Counted from the first letter of the stretch, positions 16,976 through 28,150 are shown. The stretch is 64,000 nt of DNA from Lachnospiraceae bacterium UBA7199 (GCA_002490775.1 DKUR01000063.1:20902-84901), one strand, 5' to 3'. The notes: generated from the sequence alone by a model not told the origin. Made by a program: numbers and translations.

Positions 16976-18175
16976 ATGAATGTGAAAGAAGAATATCAGC
17001 GGGTATATGCCAGGATAGATCTGGATGCAGTCAGAAGTAATATGGAGCATATGAAAGAAAATCTTTCACCCAAAACGAAGATTCTTGGGGTAATTAAAAC
17101 AGACGGATATGGTCATGGCGCAATACCTATTGCAAAGGAATTGGAACCTTTAGAATACGTATATGGTTTTGCAACGGCCACTGCTGAGGAAGCATTTATC
17201 CTGCGCCGGAATGGGGTAAAAAAACCCATATTAATTTTAGGGTATACGTTTCCTTACAGTTATGAAAGACTGGTCAGGGAGGAGATTAGAATATGTGTTT
17301 TCAGGGAGGATACCCTTGCTCAATTGTCAAAGACGGTATCTGATCTGGCGGAGAAAGGAGTTTTGAAAAAGGCAAAAGTTCATATCAAGGTTGATACGGG
17401 AATGAGCCGCATCGGTGTGAGTGCGGACTTAAAAGGGCTTGCATTCGTTGAAAAGGCATTTGAAACAAAAGGCCTGGAGGTAGAAGGGATTTTTACCCAC
17501 TTTGCAAGAGCCGACGAAGTAGATAAGAAAGCAGCAGAAAACCAGCTTAAAAAGTTTGAAGGATTTCTTGCATCAATAAAAGATAAAACAGGAAGGGAAA
17601 TTCCGGTAAAGCACTGTTCTAACAGTGCAGGAATTGTAGAACTGCCAAGAGCTAATATGGATGTCGTGCGGGCGGGGATAACGTTATATGGTTTATGGCC
17701 TTCCAATCAAGTAAGGAAAGATATCGTTTCTCTTACACCAGTACTTTCCCTTTACAGTCATATTGTATACATTAAGGAAATTCAAGGGGGTACTCCGGTA
17801 AGTTATGGGGGGACCTTTACTGCAAAGCATAAAATGCGGATTGCCACGATTCCAGTAGGCTATGGAGACGGATATGCCAGAGGATTGTCAAATAAAGGCT
17901 GGGTGTTGGTGCATGGAAAAAAGGCGCCTGTGATAGGAAGAGTGTGCATGGATCAGTTTATGATAGATGTGACAAAGATACCTGAAGCCGTCGAAGGGGA
18001 TAAAGTTACTTTAATCGGCCAGGAGGGAGAGGAAAGAATTACGATGGAAGAACTGGGTGAACTGTCAGGCAGATTTAATTATGAATTTGCCTGTGGCCTT
18101 GGCAAACGGGTACCCAGAGTATATACAAAAGGCGGGCAGATTCTGTGTACGAAAGACGATACCGCAGATTTTTGA
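16976..18175 (+). CDS. alr: alanine racemase
   Basis: VIKTDGYGHG PLP lysine; HIKVDTGMSRIG; VGYGDGY; GRVCMDQ. Confidence 0.96.
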   Translation: MNVKEEYQRVYARIDLDAVRSNMEHMKENLSPKTKILGVIKTDGYGHGAIPIAKELEPLEYVYGFATATAEEAFILRRNGVKKPILILGYTFPYSYERLVREEIRICVFREDTLAQLSKTVSDLAEKGVLKKAKVHIKVDTGMSRIGVSADLKGLAFVEKAFETKGLEVEGIFTHFARADEVDKKAAENQLKKFEGFLASIKDKTGREIPVKHCSNSAGIVELPRANMDVVRAGITLYGLWPSNQVRKDIVSLTPVLSLYSHIVYIKEIQGGTPVSYGGTFTAKHKMRIATIPVGYGDGYARGLSNKGWVLVHGKKAPVIGRVCMDQFMIDVTKIPEAVEGDKVTLIGQEGEERITMEELGELSGRFNYEFACGLGKRVPRVYTKGGQILCTKDDTADF

Positions 18176-18183
18176 CCGCACCT

Positions 18184-18212
18184 GAATACCTTCTGACAAT
18201 ATGGTTATACTA
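18184..18212 (+). promoter_or_regulatory. putative forespore sigma (SigG/SigF-like) promoter of mazF
   Basis: GAATA-17 bp-TATACTA, with the same boxes and spacing as the one before tepA. Confidence 0.45.
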
Positions 18213-18260
18213 CTTATTGAATTTGAAAAGATCCTATTGGAATGAAGGGTGTGTGAATAG

Positions 18261-18620
18261 ATGGATATATCAGTAAAAAGAGGGGATATATATTATGCGG
18301 ATCTAAGACCGGTGGTAGGCTCTGAACAGGGCGGGGTAAGACCGGTTTTGATTATACAAAATGATGTGGGCAACAGGCATAGCCCGACCATTATCTGTGC
18401 GGCGATCACATCAAAAATGAACAAAGCAAAGCTGCCAACACATATAGAGTTAAATGCAGGAAAGTATGATATAGTTAAAGATTCTGTCATTTTACTTGAG
18501 CAGCTTCGCACCATTGATAAAAGGCGTTTGAAAGATAAGGTATGTCATTTGGATGAGGAGATTATGAGGCAGGTGAATCGTGGACTTATTGTCAGTCTGG
18601 AACTTGATACATACATGTAA
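18261..18620 (+). CDS. mazF: PemK/MazF-family endoribonuclease (EndoA/NdoA-like), no adjacent antitoxin
   Basis: [52 protein letters not shown]. Confidence 0.95.
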   Translation: MDISVKRGDIYYADLRPVVGSEQGGVRPVLIIQNDVGNRHSPTIICAAITSKMNKAKLPTHIELNAGKYDIVKDSVILLEQLRTIDKRRLKDKVCHLDEEIMRQVNRGLIVSLELDTYM

Positions 18621-18676
18621 ACTGCAGCCATGCTCTATTGGAAAGAGCAGCTTTTCGGACAAACGCAGGACAGAAC

Positions 18677-18705
18677 TTGACGGTAAGAACAGTAAATGCT
18701 ATAGT
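18677..18705 (+). promoter_or_regulatory. sigma-A promoter (extended -10)
   Basis: TTGACG-17 bp-(TGC)TATAGT. Confidence 0.7.
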
Positions 18706-18741
18706 TTAATTTGATATTTTATACAAAAAGGGGATGAAGAA

Positions 18742-20058
18742 ATGGATGATGGCGGGCCCACGGCCAGTTATATTATTTTTTTAGCATTATTATTGATTGA
18801 TATGCTTTTTTATGGATTTGGTGCGGCTGTGAAGGAACTAAATGCTAAGGAGCTTTCCGATCAGATTGAAGAGACTGGAAGCAAAAAGGCAAAAAGACTT
18901 TACAGGATTGCAGTGCATCCGGAACAGTATATTAATACGGTACAGCTTGTAGTAAGCCTGATTAATTTGGTAATGGGCGGCTTTTTCTGGAAAATGTATG
19001 GTTCAGTGCCCTTTATTCTTTCAGGTGCACTGCTTTTATACATATTACTTACCTTCGGGGTTCTTATTCCAAAGAGATTGGGAGCAAAATATGCTGAAAA
19101 ATGGGCATTTGCGTGTATCAATCCAATTTATTACATTACTATGATTTTTTTGCCTGTCACGGGGCTTATCTCTGTGACTGCAAAGGGAGTTCTTTTAATT
19201 TTTGGTATTCGCGGTGGAGAGGAAACAGAAGATGTAACAGAAGAAGAGATTATATCTATGGTTAATGAAGGTCATGAACAAGGGGTTCTTTTGGCAACGG
19301 AAGCGGAAATGATCACTAATATTTTTGAATTTGGTGATAAGGAAGCACAGGATATCATGACACATCGTAAAAATATTCTTGCCATTGACAGAAATATGAC
19401 ACTGGAAGATGCATTGGATTTTATGCTCAGTGAAAGTAAAAGCCGCTTTCCTGTTTATGAAGAAAACATTGACAATATTATAGGGATTCTTCATTTTAGA
19501 GATGCAATGCGCTCTCACAGGGAAGAAGAAAATCTGATGCTTCCGGTGGGAGATATTGAAGGGCTTATAAGAGAGACGATGTTTGTTCCGGAAACAAAAA
19601 ACATTGATGTTCTTTTTCAAAGCATGCAGCATACAAAGACACAGATGGTAATTGTAGTAGATGAGTATGGACAGACCACCGGTCTGATCGCTATGGAAGA
19701 TATTTTAGAGGAAATTGTGGGAAATATCATGGATGAATATGATGAGGATGAAGCCCATATTGAAGAGACAGAAAATGCGGATGAATATATCATAGAAGGC
19801 ATTACGCCTCTTGAAGAACTGGAAGAAAAGTTTAATATTTCTTTCCATGAAAAAGAATTTGATACATTAAACGGTTTTATGATCTCTAAAATGGATAAGA
19901 TTCCAGAGGAGGATGAAGAATTTTCCATTAATGTGGATGGATATGAATTTAAAATCATAAGTGTGGAAAACAGAATGATTAAAAGTGTATTGGTTACCAG
20001 GCTGTCTGAGCATGCCTTAGAATCAAATAACAGTAAACAGGCAAAAGAAGAAACATAA
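18742..20058 (+). CDS. HlyC/CorC (CNNM) family membrane protein with CBS pair and CorC_HlyC domain
   Basis: TM region; SRFPVY; VVDEYGQTTGL..MEDILEEIVG.I.DEYD; FDTLNGF. Confidence 0.9.
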   Translation: MDDGGPTASYIIFLALLLIDMLFYGFGAAVKELNAKELSDQIEETGSKKAKRLYRIAVHPEQYINTVQLVVSLINLVMGGFFWKMYGSVPFILSGALLLYILLTFGVLIPKRLGAKYAEKWAFACINPIYYITMIFLPVTGLISVTAKGVLLIFGIRGGEETEDVTEEEIISMVNEGHEQGVLLATEAEMITNIFEFGDKEAQDIMTHRKNILAIDRNMTLEDALDFMLSESKSRFPVYEENIDNIIGILHFRDAMRSHREEENLMLPVGDIEGLIRETMFVPETKNIDVLFQSMQHTKTQMVIVVDEYGQTTGLIAMEDILEEIVGNIMDEYDEDEAHIEETENADEYIIEGITPLEELEEKFNISFHEKEFDTLNGFMISKMDKIPEEDEEFSINVDGYEFKIISVENRMIKSVLVTRLSEHALESNNSKQAKEET

Positions 20059-20105
20059 AAATAAAAAGAAACAGTGCAAAATAAAGGCACAGAAATGAGG
20101 GAAAA

Positions 20106-20834
20106 ATGTCAGGACATTCAAAGTTTGCAAACATTAAGCATAAGAAAGAAAAAAATGATGCTGCAAAGGGAAAGATCTTTACTATTTTAGGAAGGGAAAT
20201 TGCAGTGGCAGTAAAAGAAGGCGGTCCAGATCCGGCTAATAATTCCAAATTGGCACAGGTGATTGCCAAGGCTAAGTCAAACAACATGCCCAATGATACC
20301 ATTGAGAGAGGAATCAAAAAAGCTGCCGGCGATATAGGAAATGTTAATTATAAGTATATTACTTATGAAGGATATGGGCCTAACGGCATTGCAATTATTG
20401 TGGATGCCCTGACTGATAACCAGAACCGGACGGCGGCAAATGTGAGAAATGCTTTTACAAAGGGAAATGGAAATGTTGGAACGCCCGGCTGCGTTTCTTT
20501 TATGTTTGATAAAAAAGGACAGCTTATTATTGATAAGGAAGAGTATGAGGGTGACTCTGACGAACTTATGATGCTTGCGCTTGACGCTGGTGCCGAAGAT
20601 TTTACAGAAGAAGAAGACAGTTATGAGATCATTACCTCACCTGATGATTTTGACGGGGTTTTAAAAGTACTTCAGGAAAAAGGCATTGCACTTGCCTCTG
20701 CGGAAGTGACCATGATTCCTCAAAATTATGTGGAATTGACAGATGAAACATCAGTTAAAAACCTGCAGAAAATTCTTGACCTTTTAGATGAGGAAGATGA
20801 CGTACAGGCGGTATATCATAACTGGGATGAATAA
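20106..20834 (+). CDS. yebC: YebC/PmpR family protein
   Basis: MSGHSKFANIKHKK, YEGYGP, TDN.NRT, DDVQAVYHN. Confidence 0.94.
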   Translation: MSGHSKFANIKHKKEKNDAAKGKIFTILGREIAVAVKEGGPDPANNSKLAQVIAKAKSNNMPNDTIERGIKKAAGDIGNVNYKYITYEGYGPNGIAIIVDALTDNQNRTAANVRNAFTKGNGNVGTPGCVSFMFDKKGQLIIDKEEYEGDSDELMMLALDAGAEDFTEEEDSYEIITSPDDFDGVLKVLQEKGIALASAEVTMIPQNYVELTDETSVKNLQKILDLLDEEDDVQAVYHNWDE

Positions 20835-20870
20835 AGGAATCAACCTACCGTACAGGATAAAGGATTTGTT

Positions 20871-22058
20871 ATGAAAAAAAAGACGCAGATATTGTTAATT
20901 TCCCTTTGGGGATTGGCAGTTGCAGGCAGCCGGATCTTGTATTTTTTGTTAAGCAGGCGCCTCATAGTTGATACATATGAATATTTTGCAAGTGCCATGA
21001 TACAGGCGGAAAAAAGCAGTATGCCTTTTACTTCCGGCCTTGCTTATGCATATACAGAAGTTTTATCCAAAGTTCTTCGCTTTACGGGAAACAGGATCGA
21101 AGCAGCCAGTGCTTTTCAGATGGTAACTCAGATTTTATGGCTTATTATTTTATTTGCCGGAATCAGTATGATATTTGGGAAACTGGCAGCAATTGTATCA
21201 ACGACAATACTTGCAGCATTGCCAATCATTTTAAACAGTATGCTGGAGGTGTCAACAGAAAATTTTTATATGCTGCACTTGGCCTTTGTTCTTATGCTGC
21301 TGGGGGGATTTTGCTTACAGACAAAGAAAAAGGGATGGTATGAAAGAAGAGTATGCGAGTTGTATCTGATGGCAGCCGGATTTTATTTGGGTGTGATCTG
21401 CATATGGAATTATGTAGGGTTTAGTCTGATCCTTATAAGCGTATACATATTGATATGTAATTATGTTGTAATGAAAGAAAAAATAAAGATCCAAAGAGAG
21501 AAAAAAGAAGAAAAATTTAAAAATCAAATTATGGGAGTTTTTGATCAGGGTTTTCTTCTTTTGGTTGGAATGTTTGTAGGAATGTTTGCCACGCTGATGA
21601 AATATACAGGCAAAACGGGACAGACGCTTGGCCAGCAGTTTCACTGGTGGGTGCTTCAGTTGGAAAGCTTTCCCGAAAGGTGTCAGGATATTTCCACATG
21701 GCTTATCGTTGTGTTCACAGCATCTGTTCTGGCAGGAATTTTATGTAATACTGTTTTTTTTGCTGTTAAGAAGAAAACTGGAGAAACAGCAGAAAATGGA
21801 GACGCTTTGGAAAATGCAGCAGAAAGTCCAAAAGGAGAAGCTGACATGGAAGAAGTGCATGAGGAATATGTGACAACCGCGGATGGAAGACAGATAAAGC
21901 TTTTGGAGAATCCTCTGCCAGTTCCTAAAAAACATATGAAAAAGGAAATGGAGTTTGATTTTGAATTTGCAGATGTGATAAAGAAAGAGGATGCAGAGAA
22001 AGTAAAATTAGATTTTGACATAGAAATCAGCGAAAATGATGATTTTGATTTCACATAG
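20871..22058 (+). CDS. polytopic membrane protein (weak GT-C/GT39-like resemblance) with acidic C-terminal tail
   Basis: About 8 hydrophobic segments; C-terminal ENPLPVPKKH...DDFDFT. Confidence 0.6.
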   Translation: MKKKTQILLISLWGLAVAGSRILYFLLSRRLIVDTYEYFASAMIQAEKSSMPFTSGLAYAYTEVLSKVLRFTGNRIEAASAFQMVTQILWLIILFAGISMIFGKLAAIVSTTILAALPIILNSMLEVSTENFYMLHLAFVLMLLGGFCLQTKKKGWYERRVCELYLMAAGFYLGVICIWNYVGFSLILISVYILICNYVVMKEKIKIQREKKEEKFKNQIMGVFDQGFLLLVGMFVGMFATLMKYTGKTGQTLGQQFHWWVLQLESFPERCQDISTWLIVVFTASVLAGILCNTVFFAVKKKTGETAENGDALENAAESPKGEADMEEVHEEYVTTADGRQIKLLENPLPVPKKHMKKEMEFDFEFADVIKKEDAEKVKLDFDIEISENDDFDFT

Positions 22059-22059
22059 T

Positions 22060-22088
22060 GAATAAAAAAGAAAAGAAGAAATATACTA
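22060..22088 (+). promoter_or_regulatory. putative SigG-type promoter of tepA
   Basis: GAATA-17 bp-TATACTA; B. subtilis tepA is forespore-expressed. Confidence 0.55.
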
Positions 22089-22124
22089 AGGAGGACTGCT
22101 TTTTGCGGTCCTCCTTAGTATATT
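22080..22124. repeat. 17-bp perfect inverted repeat (20-bp hairpin)
   Basis: AATATACTAAGGAGGAC-TGCTTTTTGCG-GTCCTCCTTAGTATATT. Confidence 0.85.
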
Positions 22125-22145
22125 ATGAAAAGAAGAGGATTTAAT

Positions 22146-22844
22146 ATGTCAGGAAAGAAAGTAGAAGAAGAAAAGCATAGAAGTGAAAAGATTGAACAGA
22201 CTGGCCAGGTGACTTTGGATAAAAATGGGAAAGCGCGTACAATACATCTTATTTCTGTTATTGGTGAAGTGGAAGGGCATGATAACTTAAGCAATAATTC
22301 CAAGACAACAAAGTATGAGCATATTCTCCCCGAACTGGCAGCAATTGAGGATAGCGAAAACATTGATGGCGTGCTTATTTTATTAAATACAATGGGCGGA
22401 GATGTGGAAGCAGGACTTGCCATTGCAGAGATGATTGCATCCTTAAGCAAGCCTACCGTTTCTCTGGTATTGGGAGGAAGCCATTCTATAGGGGTGCCTA
22501 TTGCAGTCAGCACAGATTATTCATTTATTGTGCCCACCGGAACAATGGTCATTCATCCTGTCAGAATGAACGGAATGGTGATTGGCGTGCCGCAGACTTT
22601 TGATTATTTCAGACAAATTCAAAACAGGATTACAGGTTTTGTATGCAGCCACTGTAAAATCAGCAAAAACAGATTTGAGGAGCTGATGATGGAAACAGGA
22701 GTTCTCACTAAAGATGTTGGGACTATTTTGGTTGGAGAGGAAGCAGTTTCAGAGGGAATTATCAATGAAACAGGCGGAATCAGTGAAGCAATGAAAAAAC
22801 TGCATTCTTTGATTGGAAAACAAAAGAAACAGAAACAGTCATAA
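22146..22844 (+). CDS. tepA: TepA ClpP-like protease (spore SASP degradation)
   Basis: IGEVEGH, TTKYEHILP, NTMGGDVEAGLAIAE, LGGSHSIGVP; upstream of spoIIIE as in Bacillus. Confidence 0.9.
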   Translation: MSGKKVEEEKHRSEKIEQTGQVTLDKNGKARTIHLISVIGEVEGHDNLSNNSKTTKYEHILPELAAIEDSENIDGVLILLNTMGGDVEAGLAIAEMIASLSKPTVSLVLGGSHSIGVPIAVSTDYSFIVPTGTMVIHPVRMNGMVIGVPQTFDYFRQIQNRITGFVCSHCKISKNRFEELMMETGVLTKDVGTILVGEEAVSEGIINETGGISEAMKKLHSLIGKQKKQKQS

Positions 22845-22874
22845 ATATATTTTATGACAAATAATCGTTTGTTA

Positions 22875-22903
22875 GTGACAAGGTTTGCCTAAAATGCTAT
22901 ACT
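22875..22903 (+). promoter_or_regulatory. sigma-A promoter (extended -10) of spoIIIE
   Basis: GTGACA-17 bp-(TGC)TATACT. Confidence 0.6.
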
Positions 22904-22949
22904 ATATAAGATTATGTTAGTATCTGTAAGATGCTGAAGGAGTTTTTGT

Positions 22950-25553
22950 ATGGCACAGGCAAGGAAAAGTAGTACGACAAGAGGGAAGAAAAGGACAACT
23001 AATTCCCGTAATAACTCCAGAAAAAGTGAACCTATGGATGTGGCAATCAGAAATGAAATTGTTTTGATTGCCTTGTTTGCGTTGGCTGTGTTTTTGTTTT
23101 TATGTAATTTTGGAATTGCCGGTGTGTTTGGAAATACGGTTAGTGATGTTATGTTTGGGATTTTCGGCCTGACTGCATACATCATGCCATTAGTATTTTT
23201 TATCATGATTGCATTTGGCATGGTAAACAGTGGAAATTCTATTGCAGTAAGAAAGCTTATTGCAGGTGCATTTTTAGTGCTTTTGGCGGGTATGCTGTGT
23301 GATTTGTTTACTGGAGCGCCGGAAGCAGCACAAAGTTATCAAATTGGAGAGATATATAAAAGGTGCAGCGAAGGGCACAGTGGAGGCGGTGTAGCTGCCG
23401 GTTCCCTTGCTTATTTGAGTTTTCATTTTCTCGGTATGACAGGAACGATCCTGGTGGTTTTAGTGGCTGTGATTGTATCTTTGGTAGTGCTTACCGAAAA
23501 ATCCTTTGTATCCGGAGTAACTTCCCAGGGACGTAAGGTATATGAAAGGTCGAAGGAAGATGCGGCGTACCGCAGGGAACGGGCGAAAGCGCGCAGGCAG
23601 GAAATGGAAGAAGAGCGAAAACGCAGGGAAGAGGAAAGAAAGCAGCGGGAAGAAGAGCAGGAAAATGAAAAAATTCTCCGCATGGATAAAAAAATTTCTG
23701 GTGTTATGCTGAACACAACCTTATCTGGGAGGGAAGAAGAAAAAGACAGATCAAGGGATGATATTCATGAAATCAATCTGACTGATTTTGAAGAGCAGAT
23801 TGCTCATGCTGATTTATATAAGGAAGATGGAGAAATACAGATTCACTCCGAATATGGTATGGATCAGATCAGGATCAACAGTACCTACCTTGAAGAAGAT
23901 GAGGGGAAGGATGAGTTATCTGAGATTACGGGAACATATGAAGATGTGGAACCTGAAGAAATCATTGAGCCGCCTGTTTCTATGAGGCAGGAAGAACCTG
24001 TCAGGGTGAAAGAAAAGGAACCTGTAAAGTCTTCCAGAAGCACAGCAGAACCTGTACAGATGCTTCAGAGGAAGCCGCTTCCCAAGAAATACATATTTCC
24101 TCCCATCAGTAAGCTTACCAAAAGCAGTAATAAACAGGGGGGTGATTCTTCGAAAGAGTTAAAAGAAACAGCGTTAAGACTCCAGCAGACGCTTCAGACC
24201 TTTGGTGTACGCGTAACAATTACGGAAATCAGCAAAGGCCCTTCTGTTACCAGATTTGAACTGCAGCCGGAACAGGGAGTGAAGGTAAGCAAGATTGTGG
24301 GGCTGTCTGATGATATTAAATTGAATCTTGCTGCTACGGACATTCGTATTGAAGCACCGATTCCGGGCAAAGCAGCGGTTGGAATAGAAGTTCCCAATAA
24401 GGAAAATATGACGGTAGCTTTGCGGGAACTTATCGAGAGTAAAGAATTTAAGGATTTTCCTTCCAACCTTGCGTTTGCGGTGGGAAAGGACATTGGCGGC
24501 AAAACAGTAGTGGCGGATATTGCAAAAATGCCGCACATGCTGATTGCAGGTGCAACCGGCTCTGGCAAATCTGTATGCATTAATACATTGATTATGAGTA
24601 TTTTGTATAAGGCACACCCGGATGATGTGAAGCTAATCATGATAGATCCAAAGGTAGTTGAGTTAAGCGTCTATAACGGAATTCCTCATTTGTTGATTCC
24701 GGTGGTTACAGATCCTAAGAAAGCGTCCGCCGCGCTTCAGTGGGGAGTGGCGGAAATGACAGACCGTTACCAGAAGTTTGCAGATTTCAATGTCAGGGAC
24801 TTAAAGGGATACAATAAAAAAGTGACGGAAATGAAAGAAAAAGGAGATCCCAAGGCACCAGCTAAAATGCCCCAGATTGTCATTATCGTGGACGAGCTTG
24901 CAGATCTTATGATGGTAGCTCCAGGCGAGGTGGAGGAAGCCATCTGCCGGCTGGCCCAATTGGCAAGGGCTGCGGGGATTCATTTGATTATAGCTACCCA
25001 GCGTCCGTCAGTAGATGTGATTACAGGATTGATCAAAGCAAACATGCCCAGCAGGGTGGCATTTAGTGTTTCCAGCGGGGTGGATTCCCGTACCATTTTG
25101 GATATGAATGGGGCAGAAAAACTTTTGGGAAAGGGAGATATGCTTTTTTATCCGCAAGGATATAGTAAGCCGGCCAGAGTACAGGGAGCTTTTGTGTCTG
25201 ATAAAGAAGTATCAGATGTTGTGGAATTTTTGAAAAATCAGACGATTGGCAATATTTATGATACAGATGTACAGGAAAAGCTTTCTAGTATTGGAAGCAC
25301 CTCAAGCAGCGGAGGGGTTGAAGAATCAGATAGAGATCAGTATTTTATAGATGCCGCCAGATTTATTATTGAAAAAGACAAGGCTTCTATTGGAATGCTG
25401 CAGCGGGTATTTAAAATCGGTTTTAATCGTGCTGCAAGAATAATGGACCAGCTTTGCGAGGCAGGGGTTGTGGGGGAAGAAGAAGGAACCAAGCCGCGCA
25501 AGGTGCTTATGAGTATGGAGCAGTTAGAGCAGTTTATTGAAGAATCGCTGTAA
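22950..25553 (+). CDS. spoIIIE: FtsK/SpoIIIE DNA translocase
   Basis: 4TM N-terminus; RIEAPIPGK; GATGSGKS; IDPKVVEL; ATQRPSVDV; gamma domain [11 protein letters not shown]. Confidence 0.96.
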   Translation: MAQARKSSTTRGKKRTTNSRNNSRKSEPMDVAIRNEIVLIALFALAVFLFLCNFGIAGVFGNTVSDVMFGIFGLTAYIMPLVFFIMIAFGMVNSGNSIAVRKLIAGAFLVLLAGMLCDLFTGAPEAAQSYQIGEIYKRCSEGHSGGGVAAGSLAYLSFHFLGMTGTILVVLVAVIVSLVVLTEKSFVSGVTSQGRKVYERSKEDAAYRRERAKARRQEMEEERKRREEERKQREEEQENEKILRMDKKISGVMLNTTLSGREEEKDRSRDDIHEINLTDFEEQIAHADLYKEDGEIQIHSEYGMDQIRINSTYLEEDEGKDELSEITGTYEDVEPEEIIEPPVSMRQEEPVRVKEKEPVKSSRSTAEPVQMLQRKPLPKKYIFPPISKLTKSSNKQGGDSSKELKETALRLQQTLQTFGVRVTITEISKGPSVTRFELQPEQGVKVSKIVGLSDDIKLNLAATDIRIEAPIPGKAAVGIEVPNKENMTVALRELIESKEFKDFPSNLAFAVGKDIGGKTVVADIAKMPHMLIAGATGSGKSVCINTLIMSILYKAHPDDVKLIMIDPKVVELSVYNGIPHLLIPVVTDPKKASAALQWGVAEMTDRYQKFADFNVRDLKGYNKKVTEMKEKGDPKAPAKMPQIVIIVDELADLMMVAPGEVEEAICRLAQLARAAGIHLIIATQRPSVDVITGLIKANMPSRVAFSVSSGVDSRTILDMNGAEKLLGKGDMLFYPQGYSKPARVQGAFVSDKEVSDVVEFLKNQTIGNIYDTDVQEKLSSIGSTSSSGGVEESDRDQYFIDAARFIIEKDKASIGMLQRVFKIGFNRAARIMDQLCEAGVVGEEEGTKPRKVLMSMEQLEQFIEESL

Positions 25554-25599
25554 AGAAGCTTTGAGAAAAGCAGTTTATGGAAAGGGTACGGAAATTGTT

Positions 25600-27270
25600 A
25601 TGAAAACAGATATTCAAATTGCACAGGAAGCAGTTATGGAGCCAGTCACAAAGGTGGCAGAGATGTTACAGATTGAGGAAGATGAGCTGGAACTGTACGG
25701 AAAATATAAGGCTAAAATTTCAGAGGAGTACCTTGCTAAAATTGCTTCCAGACCAGAGGGAAAGCTGATACTTGTAACTGCCATTAACCCTACTCCGGCA
25801 GGAGAGGGGAAAACAACTACCAGTGTAGGCTTGGGACAGGCCTTTGGACGACTTGGGAAAAAAGCTGTGATTGCGCTCAGGGAACCTTCCTTAGGGCCTT
25901 GCTTTGGAATCAAGGGAGGAGCCGCCGGAGGCGGATATGCCCAGGTGGTTCCTATGGAGGATTTGAATCTTCATTTTACAGGTGATTTTCATGCCATTAC
26001 TTCTGCCAATAATCTGCTGGCAGCCCTTTTGGATAACCATATTCAGCAGGGGAATGCTCTTTTAATAGATACCAGACAGGTGGTTTGGAAAAGATGCCTT
26101 GATATGAATGACAGGGTACTTAGAAATGTAGTAGTGGGGCTTGGGGCAAAAACAGACGGAACTGTGCGGGAAGATCATTTTGTGATCACTGTTGCATCGG
26201 AAATTATGGCTATTTTGTGCCTTGCATCAGATATGAAAGACCTAAAGGAAAGACTTGGAAAAATTGTGGCTGCATATAATTATGAAGGGAATCCGGTTAC
26301 CGCAGATGATCTACAGGCGGTAGGCGCAATGGCGGCGCTTCTTAAGGATGCAATGAAGCCAAATCTAATTCAGACACTTGAGCATACGCCAGCTTTGATT
26401 CATGGTGGTCCCTTTGCCAATATTGCGCATGGATGCAACTCTGTTCGTGCAACAAAAGCAGGGCTTAAAATGGCAGATTATGTGATTACTGAGGCGGGAT
26501 TTGGCGCAGACTTGGGAGCTGAGAAATTTTTTGATATTAAATGTCGTATTGCAGGGCTGAAGCCAGATGCAGTTGTTTTGGTGGCAACGGTTCGAGCACT
26601 TAAGTATAATGGCGGCGTTCCCAAGGCTCAGTTAGGAAATGAAGATCTTCCGGCGCTCAAAAAGGGTATTGTCAATTTAGAAAAGCATATTGAAAATTTA
26701 CAAAAATATAAAATACCCGTTGTAGTGACTTTAAACAGTTTTATAACGGATACGGAAGCAGAAACCTCCTTTGTGAAGCAGTTTTGTGAGGAAAGAGGCT
26801 GTGAATTTGCAATTTCACAGGTTTGGGAAAAAGGCGGTGAAGGCGGTATTTTGTTAGCTGAAAAGGTACTTGAAACCCTTGAAAACAAAGAAAGCAATTT
26901 TACGCTCTTGTACCCGGATGAAGTTAGTCTTATGGAAAAGATTGAGACTGTTTCCCGGGAAATTTACGGAGCGGAAGGGGTTACATATTCTACGCAGGCA
27001 AAGAAGCAGCTTCAAAAGCTGGAAGAATTGGGATTTGGGAAATTGCCTGTGTGTATGGCAAAAACACAGTATTCTCTTTCAGATGATCCGGCGCTTTTAG
27101 GCAGGCCGGAGCACTTTAAGGTGAATGTCAGAGAAGTATATGTTTCGGCGGGTGCGGGTTTTGTAGTGGTGCTTACTGGCGCAGTTATGACTATGCCGGG
27201 ACTGCCCATGCAGCCAGCAGCATTCAATATTGACGTGGATGAAAATGGCAGGATCACAGGTCTTTTTTAG
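25600..27270 (+). CDS. fhs: formate--tetrahydrofolate ligase
   Basis: [43 protein letters not shown]. Confidence 0.97.
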   Translation: MKTDIQIAQEAVMEPVTKVAEMLQIEEDELELYGKYKAKISEEYLAKIASRPEGKLILVTAINPTPAGEGKTTTSVGLGQAFGRLGKKAVIALREPSLGPCFGIKGGAAGGGYAQVVPMEDLNLHFTGDFHAITSANNLLAALLDNHIQQGNALLIDTRQVVWKRCLDMNDRVLRNVVVGLGAKTDGTVREDHFVITVASEIMAILCLASDMKDLKERLGKIVAAYNYEGNPVTADDLQAVGAMAALLKDAMKPNLIQTLEHTPALIHGGPFANIAHGCNSVRATKAGLKMADYVITEAGFGADLGAEKFFDIKCRIAGLKPDAVVLVATVRALKYNGGVPKAQLGNEDLPALKKGIVNLEKHIENLQKYKIPVVVTLNSFITDTEAETSFVKQFCEERGCEFAISQVWEKGGEGGILLAEKVLETLENKESNFTLLYPDEVSLMEKIETVSREIYGAEGVTYSTQAKKQLQKLEELGFGKLPVCMAKTQYSLSDDPALLGRPEHFKVNVREVYVSAGAGFVVVLTGAVMTMPGLPMQPAAFNIDVDENGRITGLF

Positions 27271-27304
27271 GAGATGGAATGTGTAGGGAAAGGATGGAAA
27301 ACAG

Positions 27305-28150
27305 ATGGCAGTACTGATTGATGGAAAAGCAGTTTCACTACAGATCAAGGAAGAATTGAAACAGAAAGCAGTAGAATTAAAGGAAAAGGGAATCAATGTA
27401 ACTTTAGCAGTCATTCAGGTAGGGGATAATCCGGCTTCCTGCGTATATGTAAGAAATAAGAAAAAGGGATGCGAGTACATAGGAATCGGCTCCTTATCCT
27501 ATGAACTTCCAGAAACAACTACACAGAAGGAATTGCTTGATTTGATACAGGAGTTAAATGGGAGAGAGGACGTAAACGGTATTTTAGTCCAACTTCCCCT
27601 GCCTTCACATATTGATGAGGATACAGTGATAAAAGCCATTGATCCTTTAAAGGATGTGGATGGGTTTCACCCCCAAAGCGTAGGTGCTCTCTGTATAGGG
27701 CAGCCGGGATTTGTTTCCTGTACGCCGGCAGGAATTATACAGCTTTTAAAAAGAAGCGGCATTGATATAGCAGGAAAAGAATGTGTTGTGCTTGGAAGAA
27801 GCAACATTGTAGGAAAACCCATGTCTTTATTACTTCTTAGAGAAAATGCAACGGTGACCATTGCCCATTCCCACACCAAAAACCTGCAGGAGGTGACTGC
27901 AAGGGCGGATATTTTAGTCGTGGCGGTAGGAAAGCCTAAAATGATCACAAAAGATTATGTGAAAAAAGGTGCAGTGGTTATTGATGTAGGAATCAATAGG
28001 GATGAAAACAATAAGCTTTGCGGGGATGTTGATTTTGATGATGTAGAACCGGTGTGCAGTGCTATTACACCTGTACCTGGAGGGGTAGGCCCTATGACCA
28101 TAGCAATGCTTCTTCATAATTGTATTGAGTCGGTCAGCCTTAAATTTTAG
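27305..28150 (+). CDS. folD: methylene-THF dehydrogenase/cyclohydrolase
   Basis: YVRNK, GILVQLPLP, KDVDGFHP, GRSNIVGKP, PVPGGVGPMT. Confidence 0.97.
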   Translation: MAVLIDGKAVSLQIKEELKQKAVELKEKGINVTLAVIQVGDNPASCVYVRNKKKGCEYIGIGSLSYELPETTTQKELLDLIQELNGREDVNGILVQLPLPSHIDEDTVIKAIDPLKDVDGFHPQSVGALCIGQPGFVSCTPAGIIQLLKRSGIDIAGKECVVLGRSNIVGKPMSLLLLRENATVTIAHSHTKNLQEVTARADILVVAVGKPKMITKDYVKKGAVVIDVGINRDENNKLCGDVDFDDVEPVCSAITPVPGGVGPMTIAMLLHNCIESVSLKF

